Source: a virus (taxonomy: Duplodnaviria; Caudoviricetes). From it: a stretch of DNA of 64,000 nucleotides. Position 1 is the stretch's first letter, and every line of letters starts with the position of its first letter. The stretch is from the IMG/VR virus record IMGVR_UViG_3300037714_000131, positions 1 to 64,000 of that record. One strand, given 5' to 3'. This document shows, piece after piece, positions 46,533 to 56,671 of this stretch. The notes under the pieces were generated by a model, which was not told the DNA's origin, did no database searches, and saw nothing but the letters and a program-made list of their open reading frames with translations. Position numbers and translations under genes: made by a program.

Positions 46533-47848
46533 CAGTTTCCCTTACGGAGAAGCAGAAAGAAGCTCGCATCCTACTCGGCGGCGACCAGACCCACACGCTC
46601 CTGGTCGGTGGATCAAGATCAGGAAAAACGTTCCTGATCATGTATGCGATCATAATGCGATCGTTGCGCGTTGGTGGCGCAAGGCATTTGGTTGCTCGGT
46701 TCAGATTCAATCACGTAATCAGTTCGATCTGGCATGACACCTTTCCAAAGGTGATGAATGCAGCTTTCCCGGGCGTTTCGTATAAGACCGATAAATCGTC
46801 ATGGCTTATCCGCTTTCCGAATGATAGCGAGATATGGTTTGGCGGCCTTGACGAGAAAGAGCGCACAGAAAAGATTCTTGGTCAAGAATACTGCGGCATA
46901 TTCATGAACGAATGCTCGCAGATCGGTGTGGCGACCGTTGAGACGGTTCGCACCCGCCTTGCCCAAAATGTCGGATTGCCGCTACGCATTTGGTACGATT
47001 GCAATCCCCCGCTCGCTACGCATTGGACGCACAAACTGTTTGTCGAGAAGCGGGACGCAACGCCGCCTTACAAGCCGCTCACCAATCCGGAGCAGTATGT
47101 CTGGCTTCGCATCAACCCGGTTGACAATACGGCGAACCTGCCAGCCGAGTATATTAGGGAACTTGAGACTTTAGGACCGAGGGCGAAGGCCCGCTTTCTC
47201 GAAGGCAAATGGGGGTCCGCCGGCGAGAATGCGCTCTGGTCATACGAGGTTATCGAGCAGCACCGTGTTGTGTCTCACCCTGATCTCCAGCGCGTTGTTG
47301 TGGCCATTGACCCGTCTGGCACGCATGGGGAGGAAGACAAGCGCTCCGATCATGTCGGTATCGTGATTGTGGGTCTGGGCATAGACGGTGACGCTTATGT
47401 GCTTGAAGATCTCACGATCAAAGCCCCGCCGGCGACATGGGGTCGGGTAGCTGTGATGGCATATGAGCGGCACGCTGCCGACGCCATCATCGGCGAGACG
47501 AACTATGGCGGCGCGATGGTGGCTCATGTCGTCAAGACATCAGCACGCGAGATGAATACAACGATCTCCTACAAGGAAGTGACGGCATCGCGAGGCAAGG
47601 TCGTAAGGGCTGAGCCGATCGGCGCGCTCTATGCGCAAGGCCGAGTGCATCATGTAGGCAGTCATCCGGAGCTTGAAGACCAACTCTGTTCATTCACGAC
47701 TGCAGGCTACATGGGCGACCGTTCGCCCGACCGCGCTGATGCCTGCATATGGGGACTGTCGGACCTGTTCCCTGGCCTTACGCGCAAGGCCAAACCCGGC
47801 AAGGTCAGCCACGAAAGCATGTCGGGACACGACGCACATGGATGGTAA
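46529..47848 (+). CDS. terL: Terminase large subunit
   Basis: GGSRSGKT Walker A; FMNEC; IDPSG; SPDRADA. Confidence 0.95.
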   Translation: MTVSLTEKQKEARILLGGDQTHTLLVGGSRSGKTFLIMYAIIMRSLRVGGARHLVARFRFNHVISSIWHDTFPKVMNAAFPGVSYKTDKSSWLIRFPNDSEIWFGGLDEKERTEKILGQEYCGIFMNECSQIGVATVETVRTRLAQNVGLPLRIWYDCNPPLATHWTHKLFVEKRDATPPYKPLTNPEQYVWLRINPVDNTANLPAEYIRELETLGPRAKARFLEGKWGSAGENALWSYEVIEQHRVVSHPDLQRVVVAIDPSGTHGEEDKRSDHVGIVIVGLGIDGDAYVLEDLTIKAPPATWGRVAVMAYERHAADAIIGETNYGGAMVAHVVKTSAREMNTTISYKEVTASRGKVVRAEPIGALYAQGRVHHVGSHPELEDQLCSFTTAGYMGDRSPDRADACIWGLSDLFPGLTRKAKPGKVSHESMSGHDAHGW

Positions 47849-47851
47849 CAC

Positions 47852-48977
47852 GTGAAACCAGGCGACATTCTTGAGCTTGCCATCTGGCTTGCCGGCACGG
47901 AAACCGAAGCTGATCTTGCAAATTGGAAATCAGGCTGTGACGGCATCGCCCGCAAATGCGAGAAAGAGCATGGCGTCATCATTGCGCCGATGGAGTTTGT
48001 CGTCAAGGACGTGATGGATGACCGCGTGCCGCCAGTGCCGGATCACATCTCCGGTCCTGATGTCAGGCTGCTTGTTGGCGAAGCGATCGTGAAAGCATGG
48101 GCGCTGACGCCACGCGAAGATCCCGGCTTTGTTGCCGACATCGAGAAGGACGATCTCGAACGGCTCCGCGCCATGACCCGCAAGGCTCACAGGAAGGCAA
48201 AGCCGAGAGATCCAGCGCTCACCGACCGTCAGTGCGACCAGATCATCAACAGTCTCGGCCCGGACGCCGCCGTGAAGACGCTCAGAGGCACCGCTGATGG
48301 CCGAAGCCTTCACTAGGCCGCTGACGCCAGAGGAAATCAAGAATGGGTGGACAGCCGAAACCCTGGCCGTCTATCTGCGTGACAGCGAGATGCGGGCACG
48401 CAAGCGCATCCTCGGCGATCCTGACGCCAAGCCGATGCCGAAGATCATCAACGGATCGGCGTTTGATCCACATAATTGGTAATAGGGAATAAGCATCATG
48501 AGCGGACTATTCGGAGGCGGCAGCAAATCAGCATCGACCGCACCTGTTGCAGCATCTGCGCCAAGGGCAGCAGCAGAGGCAGCGCCGGTTACGCAGACAA
48601 CGGGCCGTCCGGTTGCCGCCGGCGGATCGACGGATCTGATCCGTCGGCTTGGTTTTACCGGCGCGAGCGGCCGCGGTGGAGCAACGGGCTCGTCGATGCT
48701 CGGCAAGTAGTCTCCGCACAATTTACGGATTTGCAGGCCCTTCACGGGGCCTTTTTTATTGGAGAACACGCAGATGGCAGGATTATTCGGCGGCGCAAAG
48801 GTAGAGCCGCCCAAGGCTCCGGCGGCGCCGCCCCGTCTTTCCGAAGGCCAGGTCACATCGAAGGAAGCCCAGGGAGAAATGCGCAAGCGCCGCGGCATCG
48901 AAGATCAGATATTCACGCTCGGCCGGCCATCGCGCCCCGGCTATAACTCGATGCTCGGCCAGTCAAGCAATCAATGA
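47852..48977 (+). CDS. Small head-region genes (47852-48316, 48297-48482, 48498-48710, 48774-48977)
   Basis: RBSs; MSGLFGGG / MAGLFGG starts typical of podovirus pre-portal proteins. Confidence 0.6.
48735..48762 (+). terminator. Intrinsic terminator
   Basis: GGCCC/GGGCC stem followed by TTTTTTATTGG. Confidence 0.65.
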
Positions 48978-50638
48978 CAGCTAAAGTCTGGGACATCCTC
49001 GACCGCCAGAAGCGGATGGAGAATCGCAAAAGCCCGTGGATGGAATACTGGCAGCGGCTCGGCGACATTCTGCTGCCGAACAATAATGATTTTACCACGA
49101 GTCATTCCGCAGGCCAGCCGCGCACCGACCGGATATATGATGGCCAGCCCAGACTTGCCGCGCGCCAGCTTATCACCACTGTAGACGGGCTCCTCAAGCC
49201 CAAGCATCAGCGCTGGTTCTGGCTGACCGTGGACGATCAGGATCTCGCTGAGGTCGATGAAGTCAAGTACTGGCTCGAAGACACGACGGATCGCATGTGG
49301 CACGCGGTCTACCGGCAGGAAGCCAAGTTCACCCAGCGCTCCGCCGAGGTCGATGAAAGCCTTATCATTTACGGGCTCGGCGCGCTCTGGTGCGGTCTGA
49401 ACCGCGATCAGGACGGCCTGTCGTTCCGATCTTTCCGGCTCCGCGACTTCCATATCGATGAAAACGGCGACGGCGTTGTCGATGTCTTCTCCGTCATCGA
49501 GCGGCTCACCCCGCGCCAAGCCGTGCAGCGGTGGGGCGAGGAGGCGATGTCGAAAGGCGCGCTCGACAGGCTGAACGGCGACGCCAAGATGGCGGACATG
49601 AAACTGCCGTTCCTGCAGATGATCTTGCCGCGCGACGACCGCGATGCAACGAGGATCGATTCCGGGAACAAGCCTTACGCATCGATCGTCATCGATGTCG
49701 ATAATGAGCACGAGGTCAAGGCGTCAGGCTTCGACGAGTTTCCTGTCGCGGTGCCGCGTTGGGATACAGCGCCTGGAGAAATCTATGCGCGCTCACCTGG
49801 TATGTATGCGCTTCCCGACGCCCGCACGCTTCAGGCAATGGCCAAAACGCTTCTGCGAGGCGGTCAACGCGCTGTCGATCCTCCGACATGGGCGATCTCG
49901 GACGGTGTATTGTCGCCGGTGCGCACCTTCCCCGGTGGCTTGACCATCATATCCGCCGATGCCGTCAACCAGATGGGCGGCCGTCCGCCGATCGGCGTTC
50001 TCGACATGGGCGCGAACATTCCGCTTGGCCTCGAGATGCAGCAGGATGTCCGCATGCAGGTCGAGGCGGCGTTCTTCAAGGACATCTTCGCCATGCCGAT
50101 CGAGGGCCGCCAGATGACGGCGACCGAGATCCTTGAGCGCAAGGAAGAGTACCAGCGCACCATCGGTCCGGTGTTCGGGCGTCTTGAGTCGGATTACATC
50201 GGCCATATCACCGAGCGGATCTTCAAGGTAATGATGCGCTTCGGCGCATTCCTGCCGATGCCGGAGATCCTTGCCGAGGCTGGCGGGCTCAAGTTTGAAT
50301 ACATGTCGCCGGTGCAGCAGGCGAGAAAGCAGTCGGAAGCAGCCGGCCTGATCCGCGCATTCGAAGTGCTTGGACCGCTTGCCGAGGTTCAGCCGGAGAT
50401 CATCGACAATTTCGATGGCGACCAGATCGCGCGCGACGCCCCGGAGTGGGCGAACTTTACCCAGAAATGGCTGAGACCGAAATCAATCGTAGAGGAACTC
50501 CGTGCCTCAAGGCAACAGCAGATGGAAGCAGAAAGCGCAATCCAGACCGGCATTCAAGGCGCGCAAGCAGGGGCAGATGTCGTCAAAAATATCGCACAAG
50601 CCGAACAGTCCGTCATGGCCGAGCCAGCAGTCGCTTGA
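48974..50638 (+). CDS. Portal (head-tail connector, Bbp21/T7 gp8-like)
   Basis: PRWDTAPGEIYARSPG; MTATEILER; EYMSP. Confidence 0.95.
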   Translation: MTAKVWDILDRQKRMENRKSPWMEYWQRLGDILLPNNNDFTTSHSAGQPRTDRIYDGQPRLAARQLITTVDGLLKPKHQRWFWLTVDDQDLAEVDEVKYWLEDTTDRMWHAVYRQEAKFTQRSAEVDESLIIYGLGALWCGLNRDQDGLSFRSFRLRDFHIDENGDGVVDVFSVIERLTPRQAVQRWGEEAMSKGALDRLNGDAKMADMKLPFLQMILPRDDRDATRIDSGNKPYASIVIDVDNEHEVKASGFDEFPVAVPRWDTAPGEIYARSPGMYALPDARTLQAMAKTLLRGGQRAVDPPTWAISDGVLSPVRTFPGGLTIISADAVNQMGGRPPIGVLDMGANIPLGLEMQQDVRMQVEAAFFKDIFAMPIEGRQMTATEILERKEEYQRTIGPVFGRLESDYIGHITERIFKVMMRFGAFLPMPEILAEAGGLKFEYMSPVQQARKQSEAAGLIRAFEVLGPLAEVQPEIIDNFDGDQIARDAPEWANFTQKWLRPKSIVEELRASRQQQMEAESAIQTGIQGAQAGADVVKNIAQAEQSVMAEPAVA

Positions 50639-50954
50639 TGATATCCGGACGTTGTTCGAAGCGCTCGGCCCGGTCGCAGCAAGTGATGATGGTCCATACA
50701 CGTTCCTCGATGAACAGCGGGATTTCCTCGCCGTCTTCAACGGCAACAGCACACCGGAACAGGGCCGCCGCGTGCTGAGCATCATCGCATCTGTCTGCGA
50801 AGGCCCGGCGGTTTCAATTCATGAAGTCTCAGACCATGCCAAGCTTGCATGGCGCTACGCCACGCGTTCGGTAATGCATGAGATCACCCTGCGGATGGCC
50901 GGACGCCGCGGCCCGGTAAAAGTTGAACAACAGCAAGAGGATGAGTATGTCTGA
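50577..50954 (+). CDS. Bbp19-like protein
   Basis: FNGNSTPEQGRRVL motif after the portal; start uncertain. Confidence 0.6.
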   Translation: MSSKISHKPNSPSWPSQQSLDDIRTLFEALGPVAASDDGPYTFLDEQRDFLAVFNGNSTPEQGRRVLSIIASVCEGPAVSIHEVSDHAKLAWRYATRSVMHEITLRMAGRRGPVKVEQQQEDEYV

Positions 50955-51909
50955 TCAGCAGACGAGTGAAAGCACTGGCGCAACGGAAACTGCGGCAGAA
51001 AGCACAGACGCCGATACCGGCGCCGTAACGGAAGCGCTGGCGACCGATGCCAATGTCGCCGCGGCAAAGACTGCTGAAGGCGAGCAGGCGACGGAAGCCG
51101 CAAAGCCCGAATTTGTCTACTCGGATTGGGCCAAGGGTCTGGCCGACGAGAAGCGGCGCGATTATGCTCAGCGCTTCAAGTCCATCGACGACGTGCTTAA
51201 TGGCGCGATGAAACTTCGCGAGGAAATATCATCTCGCATCAAGCTCCCCGGCAAGGACGCCAAGCCCGAAGACATCGCCGCATTCAGGAAGCAGATCGGT
51301 GTGCCGGATACGGCGGACGGCTATGAGGTCAAGGCTCCGGAAGGATACAACCTCGATGGCCCGGTCGGCCTTGTCGTCGATATGTCGAGGGATCTTGCTC
51401 ACAAGAACCATATTCCCGCCGGCGCATTCCAGGATTTCGCTGATGGCATGATCAAGATCGATCAGGAAATCCAGCAGCAGGTCAACGAAAGCGTCAAGAA
51501 ATGGCGCTCGGACAAGGAGCAGGAAATCCGCAAGGAGTTCGGCGGCGATTTCGAGGCGAACCTGAATGCAGGCAAGCGCGCCCGAGATGTCTTTGGCGGC
51601 GAGGAACTGACGGAGTTCTTCAACACGCAGGTCACGATCAATGGCGTCTCCATGACGCCCGGCGATCATCCCGCCATGATCAAGTTCATGGCCACATTGG
51701 GTAAGCGCATGGGCGAAGACGGCGTGATCGGCATGACATCGGAATCCGAACGTCAGAGCACCAAGGAACGCATCGACGAGATTTACGCCAAGACGCCGCC
51801 CGGTACTGCCGGATACGCGGCGCCTGCCGTGCAGAAAGAACTTCAAGCCCTGTTCGAGAAGCTTGAAGGCAACGGCGCTGTCGTCGGCTCTGGCGGCCGC
51901 ACATACTGA
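50947..51909 (+). CDS. Capsid scaffolding protein
   Basis: Acidic N-terminus; EFGGDFEANL; GDHPAMIKFM. Confidence 0.8.
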   Translation: MSDQQTSESTGATETAAESTDADTGAVTEALATDANVAAAKTAEGEQATEAAKPEFVYSDWAKGLADEKRRDYAQRFKSIDDVLNGAMKLREEISSRIKLPGKDAKPEDIAAFRKQIGVPDTADGYEVKAPEGYNLDGPVGLVVDMSRDLAHKNHIPAGAFQDFADGMIKIDQEIQQQVNESVKKWRSDKEQEIRKEFGGDFEANLNAGKRARDVFGGEELTEFFNTQVTINGVSMTPGDHPAMIKFMATLGKRMGEDGVIGMTSESERQSTKERIDEIYAKTPPGTAGYAAPAVQKELQALFEKLEGNGAVVGSGGRTY

Positions 51910-52130
51910 ATTCCGGGATCTCCCCGGCATCCCCTGGCACGGGCAACTGCCAATCACATACGCACTGAACGAAGCCCCGTAGACGGCTGAGACCGCCCTG
52001 CGGTGAAGACCATTCGCGCGCCCCGGCAACGGCTCCCGCGCATTCCGGTCTGATACCCGCGGCTCCCGGTCGCAATCCCCTGCGGCTCCCTGAGCGAAGT
52101 GCTTGTCGAAACCTCAAGTAGGAGGCTCTG

Positions 52131-53677
52131 ATGAGCACCACTATTACTAACTCCTTTGTGCGTCAGTGAACTCTCTTGCTGACGATAAACCCCGTTAATT
52201 GCTGGAACGCCCCAAAGCCTTGCTATAGTTCCTGAACCTTGCTAGGGTGGGAATCATGAATAAGCGCAAGGATGCACAATGGGCAATCAGCAGGGAAGTC
52301 TCGAAACTGAAGATTTGATAGCCCTGCCAGGATACGACGGCTACTACACGGACGGCAATGGCAATGTCGTCAGCCGAAGAAGGGGTTCAACCCTTCGCAT
52401 CCTAAAGCCGCATCAGCATAAAGCTCGCGGCAGAAAAGCTTACCTTCGAACGAAGATGGCCGGCAAACTGGTTCTTTTGCATCGCGCCATTGCCTCGGTA
52501 CATGCCAAACGCCGCATCGAAGGGGGCGAAGTCGTCAATCACCTCAATGGCGACACACTAGACAACAGGCTTGATAATCTGGAAGTTGCCTCTCACCGCA
52601 CCAACGTGGAACATGCGGTTAGCAACGGTCTCTATTGCTCCGGAGAGCAATGGTACGCCGCGAGAGGTAAAGAGAAACCTTCAACGACTAGTCGCAAGAC
52701 GTAGGCTCAAGCGAGCCGAAAAGCGGGGCCCCCGAAAGGGGTGAAGATATAGTCTGTTCTGCATCGAAAGATGCAGCTGCCCAATGGGCGGGTGAAACGT
52801 AGCGAATTTCACTGAACATCTAGATGAGAAAGACCTGCACGCCGTATTCCAGAGGATGGGTGGATATCTTCGCCCGACTGTCCGCATGAAACCCGGCGTA
52901 GTCGGCAAGTCTACCACCTTCCAGAAGGTGGGCAAGGGTACAGCCACCACCAAGGCCCGTCACGGCGTCATCACTCCGATGAACCAGACGCATACAGCCA
53001 TCGAGTGCACGCTCGTTGACTTCTATGCAGGCGACTGGGTAGACAAGCTGGATGAAGCGAAAGTCAACATCGACGAACGTCTCGCCATCGCCGAAGGCGG
53101 CGCCTGGGCGCTCGGCCGCAAGGTTGACGATCAGATCATCACTGCGCTGGATACAACCACGCAGACAAGCGTAACGATCACTGTCTCGACCGATGCACCC
53201 GTTCTCAACGGTCTGCTCGAAATGCGTAAGGGTCTGGACAGAAACGATGTGCCCAATGATGGCCAGCGTTTTGGCCTCCTGACCCCGATGATGTGGTCGC
53301 GCGCCATGCGCGTCGAACAGTTCTCAAGCTCTGATTATGTCACGGCAAACGATCTGCCCTTCCTCAAGGGCGGCACGTTCGGGAATTCGTTCATTCGCTG
53401 GATGGGCATCCTCTGGCAGGAGCATACCGGCCTGCCCGGTGAGAATACGGCGTCTGCCGACAGTTTCGTCTACCACAGGCGCTCCATCGGTTATGCGTCC
53501 GGTGCGCATGCGGGCAATGTTGCCGAGAACGAATCCGTCTCGGCCGATATCACCTGGCACGGCGACCGAGCCGCGCATTTCGTTAACCACATGATGTCCG
53601 GTGGGGCAGTGCTGATCGACGACACTGGCGTCATCCGCGGTACTTCCAACGACACCACGCCGTTGGCGGTTGCGTGA
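52131..53677 (+). CDS. Major capsid protein, two exons (52131-52167 joined to 52824-53677)
   Basis: Spliced product MSTTITNSFVRQ-Y-EKDLHAVFQRMGGYLRPTVR; GGAGG RBS before 52131. Confidence 0.9.
52168..52823 (+). mobile_element. Group I self-splicing intron in the capsid gene
   Basis: Exon ends in U; P1 CGUCAGU/GCUGACG; core AATTGCTGGAA, AATCAGCAGG, TTCAACGACTAG, AAGATATAGTC; terminal G; removal restores the frame. Confidence 0.93.
52279..52704 (+). CDS. Intron-encoded HNH homing endonuclease
   Basis: LHRAIA; VNHLNGDTLDNRLDNLE. Confidence 0.9.
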   Translation: MGNQQGSLETEDLIALPGYDGYYTDGNGNVVSRRRGSTLRILKPHQHKARGRKAYLRTKMAGKLVLLHRAIASVHAKRRIEGGEVVNHLNGDTLDNRLDNLEVASHRTNVEHAVSNGLYCSGEQWYAARGKEKPSTTSRKT

Positions 53678-53689
53678 TAGGAGGCAGCA

Positions 53690-54335
53690 ATGGCTAAATT
53701 GTGGGTGACCGTAACTAACAATGGTTTGGGGTCCGGTGACTATCAAACCATTGTGCTGGATTTCTCTTCGGGTCCGGTACAGACGAATGTGCTTCCCAAC
53801 GCATTGGTCAACGTTCGGCTATGTGCATATTCTCCATGCTATTTTGATGTCGGCAGCAGTCCGGTGGTTACGGAATCTTCTCCGTATCTTCCTGCTGGTG
53901 AGATCGAGCGTACCAGCTTGGCTCCGAATATGCGCATCCGCGTTGCCGCAGCAGCCGAATAAGGAGGGCTGAACAATGGCTTTTAAACGTGCAGCCACTT
54001 CTGGCGATTATACCAACCACAAGAAGTATTTCTGGCTCATCGGTGAGCTGAACAATGGCGTCAAATGGTGGGGTTATGTGACCCCAGACACGATGGCGAC
54101 CATCGAGATCAGCTCGTATTTTTCCGATCAGGAATGCCTCGACACCATGAAACCTGGCGATCGTATCTCGGTCTGGCAGGTTTCTGCGATCGACGACACG
54201 CGGCAGACTATCCAACTAGATATTGGAGCTGGATTCGTCGATTTCAATGAAAGCTTTGTCGTCGCTTCGGATGGGGCTGGAATTAATATCTCTCCGACTG
54301 CGATCGCAGGCAGCATTGAGTACTCGTTGCCTTAG
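53690..54335 (+). CDS. Two small putative capsid-accessory proteins (53690-53962, 53976-54335)
   Basis: Directly after the MCP with strong RBSs; DTMATIEISSYF...PGDRI motif. Confidence 0.6.
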
Positions 54336-54342
54336 TATTACT

Positions 54343-54380
54343 GTGGCGGGGGCAAGTCTCCCGCCACATCTATTTGTTTA
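54343..54380 (+). terminator. Hairpin / weak terminator before the modification cluster
   Basis: GTGGCGGG/CCCGCCAC stem followed by a T-rich tract. Confidence 0.5.
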
Positions 54381-54401
54381 TTACATTAAAGGATCAAGAG
54401 A

Positions 54402-55052
54402 CTGCTCGCAAAGGTTCAAACCCGCATCCAGCCGCCGATCATTGAAGGCCACGCGGCGCAAGGCTCACAGCCCGGCTATCCGCATCTGCATTCCGGCACG
54501 GTCCTTGTCTGCGGGTTTGCTGCAACCTTGTGGGATGATCTCGAAGCAGTCGAGGCAGTCCGGCCGGGACTTCCACGGATTGCAGTGAATGAAGCGGCGG
54601 TTCATATCCCAGCATTTGCGATTTATTCATTTCATACCGAGCACACGAAGCTTGGCCGTTGGGCGAATGAACAGCGGAAAAACTTCGGCGACGGCTTTAC
54701 AGTTCACGGCTCGGGTAGTAAAGATTTCTATGAGCACAATATTCGAAATTACCCGCATGTTCAATATTGGTGGAGCGCGACGGCTTCGCGGGGATCGTCC
54801 GGCTGGTGCGCGAGAATACTCGGAAGGCTGATGGGCTTCGATGAGGTTGTCCTGTGCGGCATCCCGCTCGATCATCGCCGCTACGCCGACAAGAAACCGG
54901 CATGGTACTGGCAGTCAGGACGGACGAATGCCGTCACGGTGTTTCAGAAGGCTGTGAAGGAAGATGTGGTGCATCATGCGGGGGTGGTTTCGATGAGTGG
55001 TTGGACGCGGGAATTGTTAGGAGCGCCGGAATGGCTGACATCAAGCAAATAG
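54402..55052 (+). CDS. Maf/DUF115 (MptE-like) glycosyltransferase-fold protein
   Basis: VLVCGFAATLWDDL, IAVN, GSSG, MGFDEVVLCGIPL; the frame opens after a stop at 54389 and the CTG start is inferred from AAGGA. Confidence 0.6.
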   Translation: MLAKVQTRIQPPIIEGHAAQGSQPGYPHLHSGTVLVCGFAATLWDDLEAVEAVRPGLPRIAVNEAAVHIPAFAIYSFHTEHTKLGRWANEQRKNFGDGFTVHGSGSKDFYEHNIRNYPHVQYWWSATASRGSSGWCARILGRLMGFDEVVLCGIPLDHRRYADKKPAWYWQSGRTNAVTVFQKAVKEDVVHHAGVVSMSGWTRELLGAPEWLTSSK

Positions 55053-55357
55053 CTGCCACATACGCAGCTCGCATATTCGACCGCATGGAAATGTGCCGAG
55101 GCTCTGCCATCCTGAAATCGGATATTGAGCGGGAAGTTGAGGCGGCGTTGCGAGAATATACGGGTCCGCACATGCCAGAAGGACCAGTTTACGGCGCATC
55201 GCCTGCGATGGGTATACTCGGCGAACATCGCAAGTGCCTTGAGGAATATCGAATAATCTCTGAGCGCTCAGTCGATCCTCCCCAGATGAAAACCGCAACC
55301 GAAGTGCAAGAGAGACTGGACGAATATCAGGCGAGGCTCAATGCAAAGAACGCCTGA
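55031..55357 (+). CDS. Hypothetical protein
   Basis: Coupled ORF in the cluster. Confidence 0.5.
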   Translation: MADIKQIAATYAARIFDRMEMCRGSAILKSDIEREVEAALREYTGPHMPEGPVYGASPAMGILGEHRKCLEEYRIISERSVDPPQMKTATEVQERLDEYQARLNAKNA

Positions 55358-56042
55358 AGCCTACGCCGCCGCCTTCGAGCGCGAGCGCGTCAACGAATAT
55401 CCGGTGATCGATGCGCTTGAGGCTCGCCTTGGCTTCGCTGTCGATCGCGAGCGCCTTGAAGCAGCAGCACGAGTGCTGGCGTGTCCAGTGAAGAAGAATC
55501 CGCCGAACTGGGCTCACGGTAGACTCCTGTATGCGCTTGGACGGTCATATCTGGCGCATGACGCCGGGGAACAATATTGGCTCGACGTGGGATCTGCTAA
55601 GGGCTACAGCGCTGTCTGCATGGCCTGGGCGTTTGATGACAGCGCACGTGAAGGCAGAGTGCTGTCGATGGATGTCATCGATCCGAACAGCCGCGAGCCG
55701 CGCAACTCCGTCGATGACAGCAAAACGCTCGCCGAGTTCACGCAGGATTATATGCCGATGGGCAGCGATGTCATGTTCATGCGGGGCTCGGCCGCTGATG
55801 TCATCGGGAACGGTGAGCCAGAGCGTATCAACTTCGCCTTCATAGACGGTTCTCACCAATACGAGAACGTGAAGTCAGACATCGCCACCGTGACGCCACG
55901 CCAGCAATCCGGTGACATCATCCTGTTTGACGATCTCCAAGCTCCCGGCGTCGCCCGTGCCGTCAGCGAGTTGCAGGGGTATGACCTTGAGCATATCGAA
56001 GTCCTGCCGACACGGAAATATGCAATCGCGGTGAAGCCATAA
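55341..56042 (+). CDS. Class I SAM methyltransferase (Methyltransf_24-like)
   Basis: LDVGSAKGYS; FAFIDGSHQYE; ILFDD. Confidence 0.8.
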   Translation: MQRTPEAYAAAFERERVNEYPVIDALEARLGFAVDRERLEAAARVLACPVKKNPPNWAHGRLLYALGRSYLAHDAGEQYWLDVGSAKGYSAVCMAWAFDDSAREGRVLSMDVIDPNSREPRNSVDDSKTLAEFTQDYMPMGSDVMFMRGSAADVIGNGEPERINFAFIDGSHQYENVKSDIATVTPRQQSGDIILFDDLQAPGVARAVSELQGYDLEHIEVLPTRKYAIAVKP

Positions 56043-56671
56043 TGGGTATCGGTCCTGTCCACTGGACGCTGGTCCAGTCTCTCGATCTGCCGTCAGGCTT
56101 CACCGTCTGCGAACTCGGCAATCAGATATACCTGCTTGACGGCAAGCGCGGCGACGGCGAAGAGCTTTACCGCAGTCTCGGCTGCTCGCGTTACACCAAC
56201 ATCGACGGCAATGGCGACGGTCTGATCGAGGCCGATCTGAATTTCCCGCTCGAACTCAAATGGCCCGGCGAGTTCGATCTCGTCACGGATTTCGGCACCA
56301 GCGAACACGTATTCGATTTCGCCCAATGCTGGCGGACAATCCACAGCCTGTGCAAGCCCGGCGGGCTCATCGTCTTCGACAAGCCTTATCAGCGCTACAA
56401 GGATCACGGGTTCTACAACGTTCACAAGACGCTGATCAAGGACATCGCGCGGGCGAACCGTTATGAAATCCTCCGTCTGATAAAGGATACCAGCAAGGAT
56501 GGCGAGCGCTGGATCGGCGTTTACCGGCGCACGAGCGAAGCGCCCTGGCAAAATCCGAACCAGGGAAAGTACACCAAGCGTCTCAAGGTCGGAGAGCAGG
56601 CCAATGCGTCTGGAAGACCGGCTCCGGGAACTCTACCAGCAGACGATGGGCTTGCCGCTCGATCTGAATGA
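56042..56671 (+). CDS. Class I SAM methyltransferase
   Basis: VCELGNQ; DLVTDFGTSEHVFD; LCKPGG. Confidence 0.75.
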   Translation: MGIGPVHWTLVQSLDLPSGFTVCELGNQIYLLDGKRGDGEELYRSLGCSRYTNIDGNGDGLIEADLNFPLELKWPGEFDLVTDFGTSEHVFDFAQCWRTIHSLCKPGGLIVFDKPYQRYKDHGFYNVHKTLIKDIARANRYEILRLIKDTSKDGERWIGVYRRTSEAPWQNPNQGKYTKRLKVGEQANASGRPAPGTLPADDGLAARSE

